Below are positions 49,633-62,252 of a stretch of DNA of 64,000 nt, piece by piece. The notes beneath the pieces were generated by a model. It was not told where the DNA came from and did not search any database. It saw nothing but the letters and a program-made list of their open reading frames with translations. Each line of letters begins with the position of its first letter. Position 1 is the first letter of the stretch. This DNA is from Heterodontus francisci (Eukaryota), in contig NC_090395.1 of the NCBI RefSeq assembly GCF_036365525.1, forward strand, positions 65,745,326 to 65,809,325, written 5' to 3'. Both the position numbers and the translations under genes were made by a program.

Positions 49633-52190
49633 GGCAGAATTTTAACTGACAAGGTGGAGAGGGTTCAGGTGCAGGAGGGGGACAGGTTAAATATCTGAAA
49701 AATGCCAGCATGTTGGAAATCCAACATATTCTGCCACCCCCACAACTTCTGGATTTTATTGGAGCAGGTTCCGAGGGGAGTGAGAAACTTCCATGACGTT
49801 GTTGGCTTAGTGATTTAAATATTTAAATAATCATTTAACTCAGTCTTTAAAGCTAAATTCACGCTTTAAGCCAGTGCATGGGTTTCCAGAGCTTTGTGGA
49901 ACTCGCCAGGGTCATTGAAGTTATTGAACAATGAAACCGACAGGCTGGAATGCCTTTAATGAGTGAAACTGTATAGTTGCTGCCCTGCCTAAGTGAAAGG
50001 CCTGTTCTCACAGAACTTGTTGTGAGAACATGATTTCACTGCTTCACAGGTAATTTCAATTTTTTAGAAGTAATTTCACCTACCTTGGACTTTATTCACC
50101 TTGATCTGATCTTCCCTGCTGTCAGCCTTCACTGCAGCATGGGAGTAGCTTATGCAGCTCTACCTTGGACCTCTGATGAGGAACAAGAGGAGTAGCAACA
50201 CCAACAGCACAAGAAGCAGCAGGAAGAACAACAACAACAGTAGCTGCCTTTCCCGCAGCCACGTGTCGCTCCACAGGACTGTGGGGATGGCACACAGCTT
50301 CAGCTCGAAGGAGACAATACTCCCAGCACAGGGCGTACAGACAGCGGATCAGCTTCCTCAACATGATGGAGGCTCAGGCTGTCATGGCAGGCTAGAACGA
50401 AACTTGCTTTCAACAGGACCAGGTGGGCCGGCATTGCCAGCGGCCATCAAGGTTATCACAGCCCTGAATTTCTTCACCTCTGACTCTTTCCAGGGATCTA
50501 CTGGTGACATCTCCAGGATCTCACACTCAGCTGCCCACAAGTGTATCTCCCAGGTGATCGCTGCCAGGTTTACCGTGGATGCCATTTTTGTCCACCTTGA
50601 CACTGATGAGACCAATCAGACCCAGAGGGCTCTCACATTTGCTGCAGTGGCTGGATTCTCACAGGTACAGGGAGTCATTGACTGGACACATGTGGCTATC
50701 AAGGAGCCTACAGATCATCCTGGTGTATTTATCAATCAGAAGGGATTCCACTCCATTGATATTCAGCTGGTATGTGACCACTGGAAGGTTTTCATGCATG
50801 TCTGTGCAAGATATCCTAGAAGCTGCCATGATTCCTTCATTCTGAAGCATACACAGCTCCTATAGGTATTTGCATCTCCACACAGAGTGATCGGGTGGTT
50901 CCTTGAAGACAAGGGCTGCCCACTGAGGACTTGGCTGATGACACCTGTTAGGAGCTACCACTGATGCTGATGAAAGATACAACAAGAGCTATATGACTAT
51001 GGGCCGATCATTGAGCAAGCCATTGGGTTGCTGAGATTGCGATTCAGGTGCCTGGATAGATCTGCAAGGTGGGGGGGGGGGGGGGGGTGCGGGAATGGCC
51101 TACAGTATGGACCAGCAAGGCTGTCAAGATTGATAGTGGTCTGCTGTGCCCTGCACAACAAGAGGCTACAGAAAAGAATGAAGCTGCAGGTGGTGGATAT
51201 GCTTTCTGGTCTGCATCCTCCGATGAGCAGGAAGAGGAGTAGGTGGAGGAAGAGTAGTAGTAGTCGTCGTCGGAGCCTGAGATGACCAGGGTGCCTGCAT
51301 ACAGTCACCTGACTGCCAGAGAAGCTTGTGACAGACTCAGAAGGCAAGCCTCAGATACCCTGAGTGCATGAAGCCATGTGGCACTCCAATGTTAAACCCT
51401 CTGCCCCTGCATACCCCACCGCCCACCTTCCATTCTGGTTATATCATTCTCCTGAAAGCTAATATCCATTTGGTATTTGGGAAGCAACAATGTAGTTGGC
51501 AGGACAATGGAGACTTCAAATAAAGCACGTGGTTCATTGAAATTTTCACAGTTATAACATTGACATTGTTATAAACACCCAAGTGAATCCCTCCGTGCAA
51601 CTAAGAAGTCTTACTCTTCTGCTTTTTATTACTCCTGCCTGGTGCTACCCCTGTGGCTTCAGCAGAGCTAGAGGCAGGCTGCTTTGATATATGAGATACC
51701 AGTGGAGGACATGCTCTGGGATTTGGAACCCCTGAGGGCCCTGCCAAAGATTGCCCCACTACACCTGTGCAGTGGCAGACTCAATAATCTGCATAGGACA
51801 GCATGTACAGCTCTGTCCGTGGTGGGTGATTGGGTGTAGTTGGGGTGTTTGGGTGAAAGGGATGAGAAATGGGAGCGCCTTAAGAAAAGTTCCCTCTTCC
51901 ATTTACCGTTTCTCCATCTTCCCTCTCATGGTCCACTGCACTTCCCTGCTAGCCAAGAGCTGGAGAACACTTTGCTGCACTTCAGTGAGGCACAGAACAG
52001 CCAAAACCTGGCTTTCCTCCATTCTGTGTTAAGTGGCAGGCATTGGTCTGGCCAGCATGCACCTGATTGCCTGCCACATCTGGGGGAATGGCAACATTTG
52101 TGCAGGTTGATGTGAAGGATGCATGTATGATGGCACTAAGTTGAGGGTGAGTGTGAGTGTTGGCTGTGTTAGCCAGTGCTGGAGCTTTGA
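49633..52190 (+). mobile_element. Decayed Harbinger transposon (HARBI1-type transposase ~50150-51290); right end approximate
   Basis: ALNFFTSDSFQGSTGD, GFSQVQGVIDWTHVAIK, NQKGFHSIDIQLVCD, YPRSCHDSFIL, then a stop; LRLRFRCLD, CCALHN. Left end ggcagaatttta. Confidence 0.85.
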
Positions 52191-53779
52191 AAGAGCAGTC
52201 GTGCTTAGTCCCATATTCCCATGTTTTGTCCCTAACCCTGCAAGCTCCTCATCCATTTTTAAAATGTCCAAAAATGGCTTGGATTTCACAATCAGTGGCA
52301 AAGGAACGGAATTCACCATTCACTACCCTGGCAGCTGTCCACAGAGCTTTTGTGGACTTTTGAGCAGAGGCTTTCTGTCATTGGGCTCTGATCCAGTGTG
52401 TTGCCCTCTTCAGGGAATCTGGAACTTGTCTGAGCAGGCCAAGAAACAGCGAGACAACTAATCAAATTGAACTATCCTCACTGAGCCACGCAGAGTCTAA
52501 ACCAGGACATCTAAACCAGGAATTACTAATTAGATTTAAATCATGCACAGAAAGCAAAACAAAGGTTGGAAAAAAAAGATGGGATGAAGAGAGAGATATA
52601 TAAAAGACAGACAGAAAAAGTAAAATAAAGCCTTATTTTGTTTCTTCGATACTAATTAAATCCTGAAGGTATAAACCTCCATATTTGCAACATGTAATTT
52701 TCAGAGGTTGTTTGGTGGTATTTATGACTGATTACGCCATTATTAAGATTTACCACTGAATGCAATAGCCCTAACTTGATATGCCATGATCAGTAGGTAA
52801 CTAGTGGGTAAGCATTCTTGACCTTGGTTTCAATGCTGAGACTATCAGTGACGTATCGGTGCTGAACAGCCTGTAAAGGAGCTGGGTATTGCAGATTGCA
52901 ACATCTAGATTTCTGCATTTAGCTACACATGTGTGTACTTTGAAATTTGCCGCCCAATATACTCCATAATTACGGTGAGTGCTGCTAGCCTTAGAATTAT
53001 TTTCAATGCAAAATCTGGGCCAATAATTCAATACTGAAGGAATGAAACTCCACACTTTTAATTGTTCACTTTCCAGGCCAGTGTGGTTGATTGGCAGTCA
53101 TTAACAATTATCACATCATTAAAAGTACTTACCATGTTAAGTGGTGTGGCAGTGGGGACACAGAGGGCATGCCACACGCCCACCTTCCCACGCCATTTGA
53201 TGGACACACCTGCCTCCCAGCCCGTCCACAAATGGCTGGTGAAATCCAGCCCAAACTCATGGGGAGATTAGGGGAGCGCTGCCATTTTCACAAAGCTAAC
53301 AACAGAGCTGCACAAATCAGCCAGTAACTTGTAGTGATTCACAATTCATGGGGCATCTCCTCATCGCTGCAAGTTCCTGGCTGATTTTCACATCAATATC
53401 GTTCACACACTATTATGTTTTCAGCAACTTCTGATCTGTTATGTTTTCAGCAATAGAACTGGGAACAATATCAGGGTGAACAAATCCTGCTTGGCCAAAG
53501 CTCCCAAGCTGTCAACAACCAAATCTGCAGCCATTGGAACACCCTCCTGGCAGCCATTGTCTGCATGTCATCAAAGATGTAGAGCTGTTCCATCTGCTGC
53601 AAGAAGATCTGCAGCTAACATGCAATATAAAGCTGGCACAGCGAGCAATAGGAATGGTCAGCTGTGACCTCTATTCTAAAGATATATAGAGTGGAACTGT
53701 AAGAGCTCAACTCACAATTGAGCATAAATAATTAGCTTGGGTCACTATTAACCATTCCTGCTAAGATTTTAACAGCACT

Positions 53780-53945
53780 CTTTTCACAATTTTCTATCCT
53801 TTGATGAAAATTAGTTCAGTTTTGTTTGTTAAATATAGCTGACAGTCTTTCTAATTCTTAGGGGGGGTCACACTTCATCAGTTGGTTTACTGTGGTTTCA
53901 TGACCTGGTTTCCTGCTATCTTCTTCCTCATTTAAATTCCTTATA
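53780..53945 (+). promoter_or_regulatory. Putative proximal promoter of gene B (RUNX, ETS, PU.1-like sites)
   Basis: TGTGGTTT 53891-53898, TTCCTG 53910-53915, CTTCCTCATTT 53923-53933; conserved with 10741-10830. Confidence 0.55.
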
Positions 53946-54031
53946 TCGTTCATCTTAGATACTTACTGGGTTTTTGATAAATAAGAGCTCAGTGACAGAC
54001 GACTAGTTCTGATCAGATTTCTGGAAAGAAA

Positions 54032-54068
54032 ATGCTGTGGATTCTGATCCTTATTTGTTCTCTGCCTG
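54032..54068 (+). CDS. Gene B exon 1: signal peptide MLWILILICSLP(V) of a CD300/pIgR-like receptor
   Basis: AAAATG start, hydrophobic leader, G|GTGAGT phase-1 donor. Confidence 0.87.
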
Positions 54069-54716
54069 GTGAGTGACAGCCAGTGCTGGATGTTCAGCAA
54101 AAATAAATGAAAAATGTTTATGTGAAGTTTTGTATCTCTTTTTGACTATACTATTATAAATCAGAAATATATATATCAAGATACATTTAACTGCATTAAT
54201 AATTGCGAATGGAAAATAATAGGCTCACTTAATTAATTTAATTATTAATTATTTTAAATTTATTATTTATTACTTAATTGTCTGTTAATTATTAATTGAT
54301 TATTTTATTGGAAAAGCTACACGAGTAACAGAATCAAAATGCAAACACGTTTTAGAAGGTGATTTTTTTTAATGCAATCTGATGTCCAATAAATACTGAA
54401 GACTGCACTGGCAATAATCCTTCAAATACAGCACATCTCGAGTTTGCAATTGCTTCTGTTATTTAAAGTATAGCTGATGAAACCTTGTTTCATGAGGCTC
54501 TGCCAGTGATACTGTTCCTCACTGGTAGACAGTTGATCTATATTAATAATCTTCCAAAAAGTAACCGTTTTCTTCTCATTCTTTAGCTTTAACCAACTGG
54601 ATTTAGCTTTTTCACTCCTGCCCCATATTAACATTACGATAGTGTTACAATGGAATTTTTGATCAATATTGCCACCTCTTCTCCATGTATGTTGAATCTA
54701 AATTGTAACCAGCAAT

Positions 54717-55020
54717 GGGGCAGCACAGTAGCGCAGTGGTTAGCACTGAGGCCTCACAGCTCCAGGGACCTGGGTTCAATTCTGGGTACTGTCTGTGTGG
54801 AGTTTGCAAGTTTTCCCTGTGACCGTGTGGGTTTTAACCAGGTGCTCTGGTTTCCTCCCACAGCCAAAGACTTGCAGGTTGATAGGTAAATTGGCTGTTG
54901 TAAATTGCCTCTAGTGTAGGTAGGTGGGAGGGAATATGGGATTACTATAGGGTTGTTGGTTGGCACAGACTTGGTGGGCCGAAGGGCCTGTTTCAGTGCT
55001 GTATCTCTAAATAAAATAAA
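54717..55020 (+). mobile_element. V-SINE (HE1-like)
   Basis: Same family as 5223; absent at the paralogous site in gene A (~11920). Confidence 0.88.
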
Positions 55021-55199
55021 CTCCCAGTTTCACCCTACTCTAATGCTATTATATTAAACCTTCCCATGAAAACTTTGTGCCTCTAGCTTGCCAATTTTAT
55101 GCAGGATATCTTATGTACATTCAACTGAAGCGCACCTCTGATCAGCAATCTTCCTCATTTCAAGGCTTCCGCTTTCTGATCTGATCTCGGAAACATTAT

Positions 55200-56075
55200 G
55201 AACTATGAGGAGGATAGCATAGACCCAAATGGACATAGAGAGGTTGGCAGATTGGGCAGGCAGGTGGCAGATGAAATTTTTTGCAAAGAAGTGTGAAATG
55301 ATTCATTTTGGTAAAAGAACACGGAGAGACAATATAAAATAAAAGGTACAATTCTAAAGGGGGTGCAGGAGCAGAGGGATCTGGGTGCATATGTGCATAA
55401 ATCATTGAGGGCGGCAGGACAAATTGAGAGAGTGGTTAATGAAGCAGACAGCATCCTAAGCTTTATTAATAAGGGCAGTGAGCACAAAAGCTCAAAAGTT
55501 ATGTTGAACTTGCATAGAACAAGAGTTCTGGCCTCAACTGGGGTATTGCGTCCAGTTCTGGGATCACACTTTAGGGAAGATGTGAAGGCATTGGAGAAGA
55601 AGTACAGAAAAGATTCATGAGAATGGTTCCAAGGATCAGGAACTGCAGTTACAAAGATTGATTGAACAAGTTGCAAACTGTTTTCCTTGGAGAGGAGAAT
55701 GTTGAGAGGAGATTTGACAGAGGTATTCAAAATCATGAGGAGTCTGGACAGAGAAGATAGGGAGAAACTGTTCCCATTGGTGGGAGGATCGAGAACAAGA
55801 GGGCACAGATTTCAGGTCATTGACAGAAGAAGCAATGGTGATATGAGACAAACATTTTCATGGGTGGTTAGGATCTGAATGCACCGCCTGAGAGTGTGGT
55901 GGACACAGGTCCAATCGAGGCATTCAAGAGGGAATTGGATTGTTATCTGAAAAGTAAGAATGTGCAGGACTATGGGGAGAAGGCAGGGGAATGGCACTTG
56001 GTAAATTGCTCCTTCAGAAAGTCAGCACAGACACAACGGGCCGAATAGCCTTCTTCTGTGCTGCAAAGATTTGGT
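55200..56075 (+). mobile_element. CR1 LINE 3' fragment
   Basis: WQM, QRDLGAYVH and ERRMLRGDLTEVFK motifs plus 3' UTR. Confidence 0.85.
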
Positions 56076-56513
56076 GAAATCTCCCCTTTTCCCTCTTTTA
56101 TCTTTCTTATATCCCTTTACCTTTCTGTTCTTCTCTCTGCCTCTTCAACATTTTCTTAATCTCCCTGCTGCCATTTTATTGTAAACTCCCCACAGCACAA
56201 GGTACTTTCCTATTGGTCTAATTCGTCGAATAGGCCATTGGTGTAATAACTGTTAAGGTAAAGTCCTCCCATCCTCTAAAGGTTGCTCCTCTTCCCGAGC
56301 TAGTCCCAATGTGCCAGGAAGCTGTATCCTGTTTTATGAACCATTTCTTCATGCAGAGAACTATTTTCCTTTTTTTACTCTTCTTCTACTGATGACCATA
56401 TGGCACTTTACTATCCTCGAGGTCCTGCTCATTGATCTATCTCCAAATTTCTGAAGCATCTGTTGCAGAACATCATTCCTCTTCCTTTCTATGTATTTTG
56501 CTGCATGAGCCAT

Positions 56514-57216
56514 GGCCGGAATTTTAAATCCCCTCAACGAGCAGGCTGGTGATGGGGATGGGGGGTGGGGGACATAAAATTGAGTGGGAGGTGGGGACCA
56601 TTTCTGACTTTTTCTGCCCCCACTGCAGCGAGAAACGGCCCACCTGCCCCAGGCCATCAAGACCCTCAAGTGGCCAACTAACTGCCTCTTAAGGGCCTCC
56701 TCCTGCTGCTGCTGGTATTTTACCCACAATAGCTAAGTGACATAGGCCCCAGGATGACTGTGGGGGTGGGGGTGGAGGGTGGGGAGGCCCTCATGATTTG
56801 GTACCTTGTGCTCAGGGAGGGCTGCCCCCCATGGCCCAACTGTCCCCACGAGACAACACTCCCCCCCGCCCTCCTTAAGCAAACCCCCCTTCCTTGCCAG
56901 GGCCCGCCGTTTGTGACCCCTAATGGGGCCCCAAAAACTTACAGGGCCATCCTTCCTCTTGCTCCTGTTTACTGGGTGTAGTCCCAGAAGTGGCCAGTGC
57001 TCCCTTTGGCGCTGCTGGGACTAGGGGCTGCCAGACCGCTGATTGGCTGGCAGCTCTATTAAGTGTGATTTCCTGCCTCAAGGAGGTGGAAGCCCTGCTC
57101 AAGGCCAATTAAGGGCCTGGGGAGCACTTATGGCTCCCCAGGCCTTGCAGAGGTGGGCTTGCCACCGACTCTTCGGCCGGTGGGTGTGGCCTCCCACCCA
57201 ATGTAAAATTCCGGCC
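56514..57216. mobile_element. Harbinger-type MITE
   Basis: Perfect 13-bp TIR GGCCGGAATTTTA/TAAAATTCCGGCC and 3-bp TSD CAT. Confidence 0.87.
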
Positions 57217-57360
57217 CATGTTTGCCTTCCTTATCCAAATCCTGCTGCAGTATCGGTTGCAGGCAATAAACTTGAGGGGATAGAAATTGATTTGGCTGTT
57301 GCCATGGTGCTGAATGAATTGGAGAAAAATATCAAAGTCAAATTGTTGTTGCTGTTAGAA

Positions 57361-57805
57361 AGAAAGACTTGCATTTATATAGCACCTTTCACAACCCCAG
57401 AATGTCCTAAAGCTCTTGACAGCCATTCATTTATTGGAAGTGTCACCACTGTAGTAATGTAGGAAAAGTTGTAATGTAATTTGGGAGATTTGTGCAAAGC
57501 AAGGTCCCACAAATAGAAACATGATGATGGTCAGATAATTTGTTTCTTCGTGACTGTTGGTTGAGGAATAAATGTTGGCTTGGACACTGGGAGAATTCCT
57601 CTGCTCTTCTTCAAAATAGTGGGAACGTTTACTTCCACCTGAAAGGATAGACAGGGTCTTGGTTTAATGCCTCATCTGCAAGGCAGCACTCCCTCAATAC
57701 TGCATTGGAATATCAGCTTAGATTTTATGTCTGGGTCTCTGGATTGGGACCTGAACCCACAACTTTCTCATTCAGAGAAAAGAGTGCTAACACTGAGTCA
57801 TGGGC
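57361..57805 (-). mobile_element. DeuSINE-type SINE (its 5' part is shared with gene A intron 1 at 12140-12280)
   Basis: Antisense tail gacttgcatttatatagcacc and Deu core. Confidence 0.78.
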
Positions 57806-58051
57806 GACACAATAACAATAGTGACAGGTACTTCAAAAGCAAATCATTGTCTGAAGTGCTTTAATACATCCTAAGGCTGTGATAAGGCACTATATTAATG
57901 TTTTCTTTTGTTACAAACTAGAAGGAATTCAACTATTTGAATAGATGCAGGGGATCAATTCCTCTGTACACAGTGGTAAGTTTCATTAAACTGCATCTGT
58001 TTGTATTAAGCAACTAATTCCAGTTCAATTTCTGAAATGTTGTCTCCTCAG

Positions 58052-58372
58052 TTTCAGGTACATTGTGGGCAAAAGGTAAAGTAACAGGAATCGTGGGAAG
58101 AGCGATCACAGTAGATTGTCACTATGATGAACGGTACCGGTCATATGTGAAATATTGGTGTCGTGGCTGGAGTCGCCAATGTTCAGTTTTAGTGGAAACA
58201 ACTGGGCAACATGGATGGCAAGGAAGAATGGCAATCATAGATAACAAAAGACAGGGCGTATTTGTTGTTACTATGAAGAATCTTAGCTCAGACAATTCAG
58301 GATGGTACAGCTGTGGTATTGGCGAATCTGGCTATGATTCAATGTATTCCATAGAACTACAAATATTTAAAG
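58052..58372 (+). CDS. Gene B exon 2: intact V-set Ig domain, CD300/CMRF35/pIgR-like; downstream exons not seen in window
   Basis: VSGTLWAKGKVTGIVGRAITVDCHYDERYRSYVKYWCRGWSRQCSVLV..RMAIIDNKRQGVFVVTMKNLSSDNSGWYSCGIG. Has the family four-Cys pattern (C, KYWC, C, WYxC); phase 1-1. Confidence 0.93.
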
Positions 58373-59399
58373 GTACATTTCTCAGTGATTTACTTTATTA
58401 CTCTCTACTAAAATGTATGATCAATGTTTTATTTGGGAGGAAATATGACAGAATGTGGGAGGCTGACCAGGAGTGCATTGGAATAGTCAGGTCTAGAGGG
58501 TTTCAGCAGCAGTAGAGAAGGAGAGTCAGAGGCAGAGTCAGACGATGTCTCAGAGGTGGAAATAGGCGGTCTTAATGACAGTGTGGATATGTGGTTGGAT
58601 GCACATATAGTACCAAGTTTGTGAAAAATCTGCTTTAACGTCAGGCAATTGCCAGGAAGAATGATGGAGTCAGTAGCTGGGGAACAGAGTTTGTGGCAAG
58701 GATTGAAGACAATGGCTTTGCTCTTTCCAATATGTGGTGGGATCATCCAATATTGGATGTTGGACAAGCAGTCTGACAATTTAGCAACTGTGTAGGGGTT
58801 GAGAGAGGTGGCAGTGAGATACAGCTGGGTACCATCAGAGTAGATGTGGAAACTGGTGCTGTGTTTTCAGACGATGTCACCAAGGGGCAGCATGTAGATG
58901 AGAAATAGGAGGGGGGCACGGATACATTGGTGGAGGACACCAGAGGTAACAGTGCAGAAGTAGGAAGAGAAACCATTGCAGATGATTCTCTGGCTATGAT
59001 TAGATCAGTAAGAATGGAAACCGTTGAGTACAATCCCACACAGCTGGACAACAATGAGGAGGCATGGTGTAGTCAACCATGTCAAAGGCTGCAGATAGGT
59101 TGAGAAGGACTAGGAGAAATAGTTTACCTCTGTCACAGTCATAAAGTATGTCATTTATGACTTTGATAAGAGCCATTTCAATACTGTAGCAGAGGCAGAA
59201 AACTAACTGGAGGGATTCAAACATGGAGTCTGAGAAAATTAGACATAGATTTGGGAAGTTCAAGGACTTTGGAGATTAAAGGGAAGTTGGAGATGGGTGA
59301 TAATATGAAAGGACAGAGGCATGAAGGGCTGTTTTCTTTGAGGAGATGGGATGACAGCTGATTTGAAGAAGAAGGGGACAGTACCTGAAGAGAGAGATA

Positions 59400-61118
59400 T
59401 CAATGGTAGAGAAATTGCTGGAACCTATTCTTAGGGACGTGATAACTGAACACTTAGAAAGTCATAATATGATTGGGCAGAGTCAACGTGGATTTATGAA
59501 AGTGAAATCAGTTTTGGAAAATCTGTTTGAGATTTTTGAGGATGGATAAGGGGAACCAGTGGATGTAGTGTATTTGGATTTTCCAAAAGCATTTGATATG
59601 GTGCCACGTAAGAGGTCATTACACAAAATTAGGGTTCATGGGATTGGAGGCCATATATTAGCATGGATTGAGGATTGGTGAACAGACAGAAAACAGACAG
59701 TAGGAATAATGAAGTCATTTTCCAGTTGGCAGGCTGTATCTAGTGGGGGACTGCAAGGAACAGTGCATGGACCTAAACTATTTACAATCTTTATCAATCA
59801 GAATCTTTTGTCAGACTGGGGTCGGATGAAAGGTCATCGACTTGAAACATAAACTCTGTTTCTCTCTCCACAGATGCCGCCAGACCCCCTGCTGTCTGTT
59901 TTTATTTCTGATTTCCAGCCTCCGCAGTATTTTGCTTTTATTATGCAAAAGGATTTAGACAGGTTAAGTGATTGGACAGGAACACTGCAGATGGAATATA
60001 ATGTGAAGATGTGTGAAGCTATCCACTTTGGTAGGAAAAATAGAAAAACAATATTTTTAAATGGTGAGAGACTGGGAAATGTTAGTATTCAGAATGACTT
60101 GTACAAGAATCATAGAAAGTTAACATGATGGCACAGCAAGCAATTAGGAAAGCAAATGGTTTTAGTGTTCTTTAAAAAGAAATTTGAATATAATTTGGGG
60201 TGGTGCAGTGGTTAGCACCGCAGCCTCACAACTCCAGTAACCTGGGTTCAGTTCTGGGTACTGCCTGTGTGGAGTTTGCAAGTTCTCCCTGTGACCGTGT
60301 GAGTTTTTGCCAGATGCTCTGGTTTCCTCCCACAGCCAAAGACTTGCAGGTTGATAAGTAAATTAGCCATTGTAAATTGCCCCTAGTGTAGGTAGGTGGT
60401 GGGGATGTGGTTGGGATTATTGTAGGATTAAGTATAAATGGGTGGTTGTTGGTCGGCACAGACTCGGTGGGCCAAAGGGCATGTTTCAGTGCTGTATCTC
60501 TAAATAAATAAATACGATTAAAGAAGTCTTACTACAATTGTATAGCACCTTGATGAGACTACTCCTGGAGTAGTGCATAGTTTTGGTCTCCTTACCTAAG
60601 GAAGTATATACTTGCCCTAGAAAGAATGCAACATAGGGTGACTAGACAGATTTCTGGGATGAGGGGATTGTCTTATGAGGAAAGATTGAGTAGGCTTGGC
60701 CTATATTCTCTGGAGTTCAGAAGAATGAGAGGTGATCTCACTGAAACATATAAAATTCTTAAGGTGATTGACAGGGTAGATGCTGGGAGGACATTCCCCC
60801 TGGCTGTAGAGTAGAGAACTAAAGATCATTGTCTCAGAATCAGGGTTCGGCCATTTAGGACTGAGATGAGCAGATATTTCTTTACTCAACAGGCTGTGAA
60901 TCTTTGAAATACTCTATCCAAGAGAGTTGTGGATACTTGGTCATTTAGTACATTCAAAAGAGAGATCATTAGATTTTTGGATGCTAAGGAGATCAAGGGA
61001 TATGGGGATAAGTTGGAATGGTGGAGTTGTGGTAGAAGATCAGTCATGATCTTATTAAATGATGGAGCGCTCTCGAAGGGTCATATGACCTACTCCTGCT
61101 CCTATTTCTTATGCTTTT
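59400..61118 (+). mobile_element. CR1 LINE 3' half nested in L2
   Basis: DVVYLDFPKAFD, LEFRRMRGDLTETYK motifs and 3' UTR. Confidence 0.83.
60197..60513 (+). mobile_element. V-SINE (HE1-like)
   Basis: Same head, V-domain and tail as 5223. Confidence 0.87.
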
Positions 61119-61910
61119 AACCATTAATATCAGCTAACATGGGAGCCAGGAAGGGAAGTTGGGTTGTCAGCGGTTTAGTGGGAATAGGGTTGAGGGAGCT
61201 GGAGGTGGGTTCATGGATGAGATGAGCTCAGAGAGGGCATGAGACGAGATAGAGAAACTGGAGAAAAATGCAAGTTCAGGGCTAGGGTAGTGGGTACCTT
61301 AGAGGAGGTTTGGCCTGGTGGGCTAGGGGAAGCTGCAAAGGCAGCTGATCAGATGGTATCAGTCTTAATGACAGAGAAGTTCATGAGCTCCCCTTACTTG
61401 TTGTCGGGGGTGAGGATGGAAGAGACAGGGTAGAGCGGTTTAAGAAGATGACTTGCAATAAAGAAACCGGTGGTTGTCTTTGCATTCTAGGGTGATCCTG
61501 GAATAGTGAGCAGATTTGGCAGATGAGAGGAGGATCCGATGTTGCTTTATGTGGTCCAGACAGATCTGTCAGTAAATGGTTAAAACAGTTATCCACCATA
61601 TTTATTCAAGCCTGTGTCCCTTGGACTAAAGGGAGCAGAGATGAGGGCCATACCAGGGGCAGCAGCCAGGGTGAGAGAAAGTTATGGTTTAATTGGGGAC
61701 AAGGGCATCAAAGGAGGTGAGGGTGTGGTTGAGCAGATCAGTAGCTGCAGATATGTTGTGATGAGCGGAGGGCCAAAGGCTAGACAATTAGGCTTTTGCA
61801 AGTGCTATTGTAAGTGAATTGGAGGAGAGTTTTTTCCAAGGGCTGACACAAAAGGAAGCAAGGTTGCAGGGTGAGGGGGAAAATGGCTGCAGAGCAACAC
61901 AAGGAAGTCA

Positions 61911-62252
61911 TAGAGAGATACAGCACTGAAACAGACCCTTCAGCCCACTGAGTCGGTGCCGACCATCAACCACCCATTTATACTAATCCTACATTAATCC
62001 CATATTCCCTACCACATCCCCACCTTCCCTCAATTCTCCTACCACCTACCTACACTAGGGGCAATTTACACCAGCCAATTTATCTATCAACCTGCAGGTC
62101 TTTGGCTGTGGGAGGAAACCGGAGCACCCGGCGGAAACCCCCACAGTCACAGGGAGAACTTGTAAACTCCACACAGGCAGTACCCGGAACCGAACCCAGG
62201 TCGCTGGAGCTGTGAGGCTGCAGTGCTAACCACTGCGCCACTCTGCTGCCCC
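61911..62252 (-). mobile_element. V-SINE (HE1-like)
   Basis: Antisense copy of the same family. Confidence 0.87.

Noticed and set aside
50152-51285. Domesticated HARBI1 host gene
   Set aside because: It has stops, frameshifts and an altered catalytic motif, and several diverged copies lie in the window; these are transposon relics.
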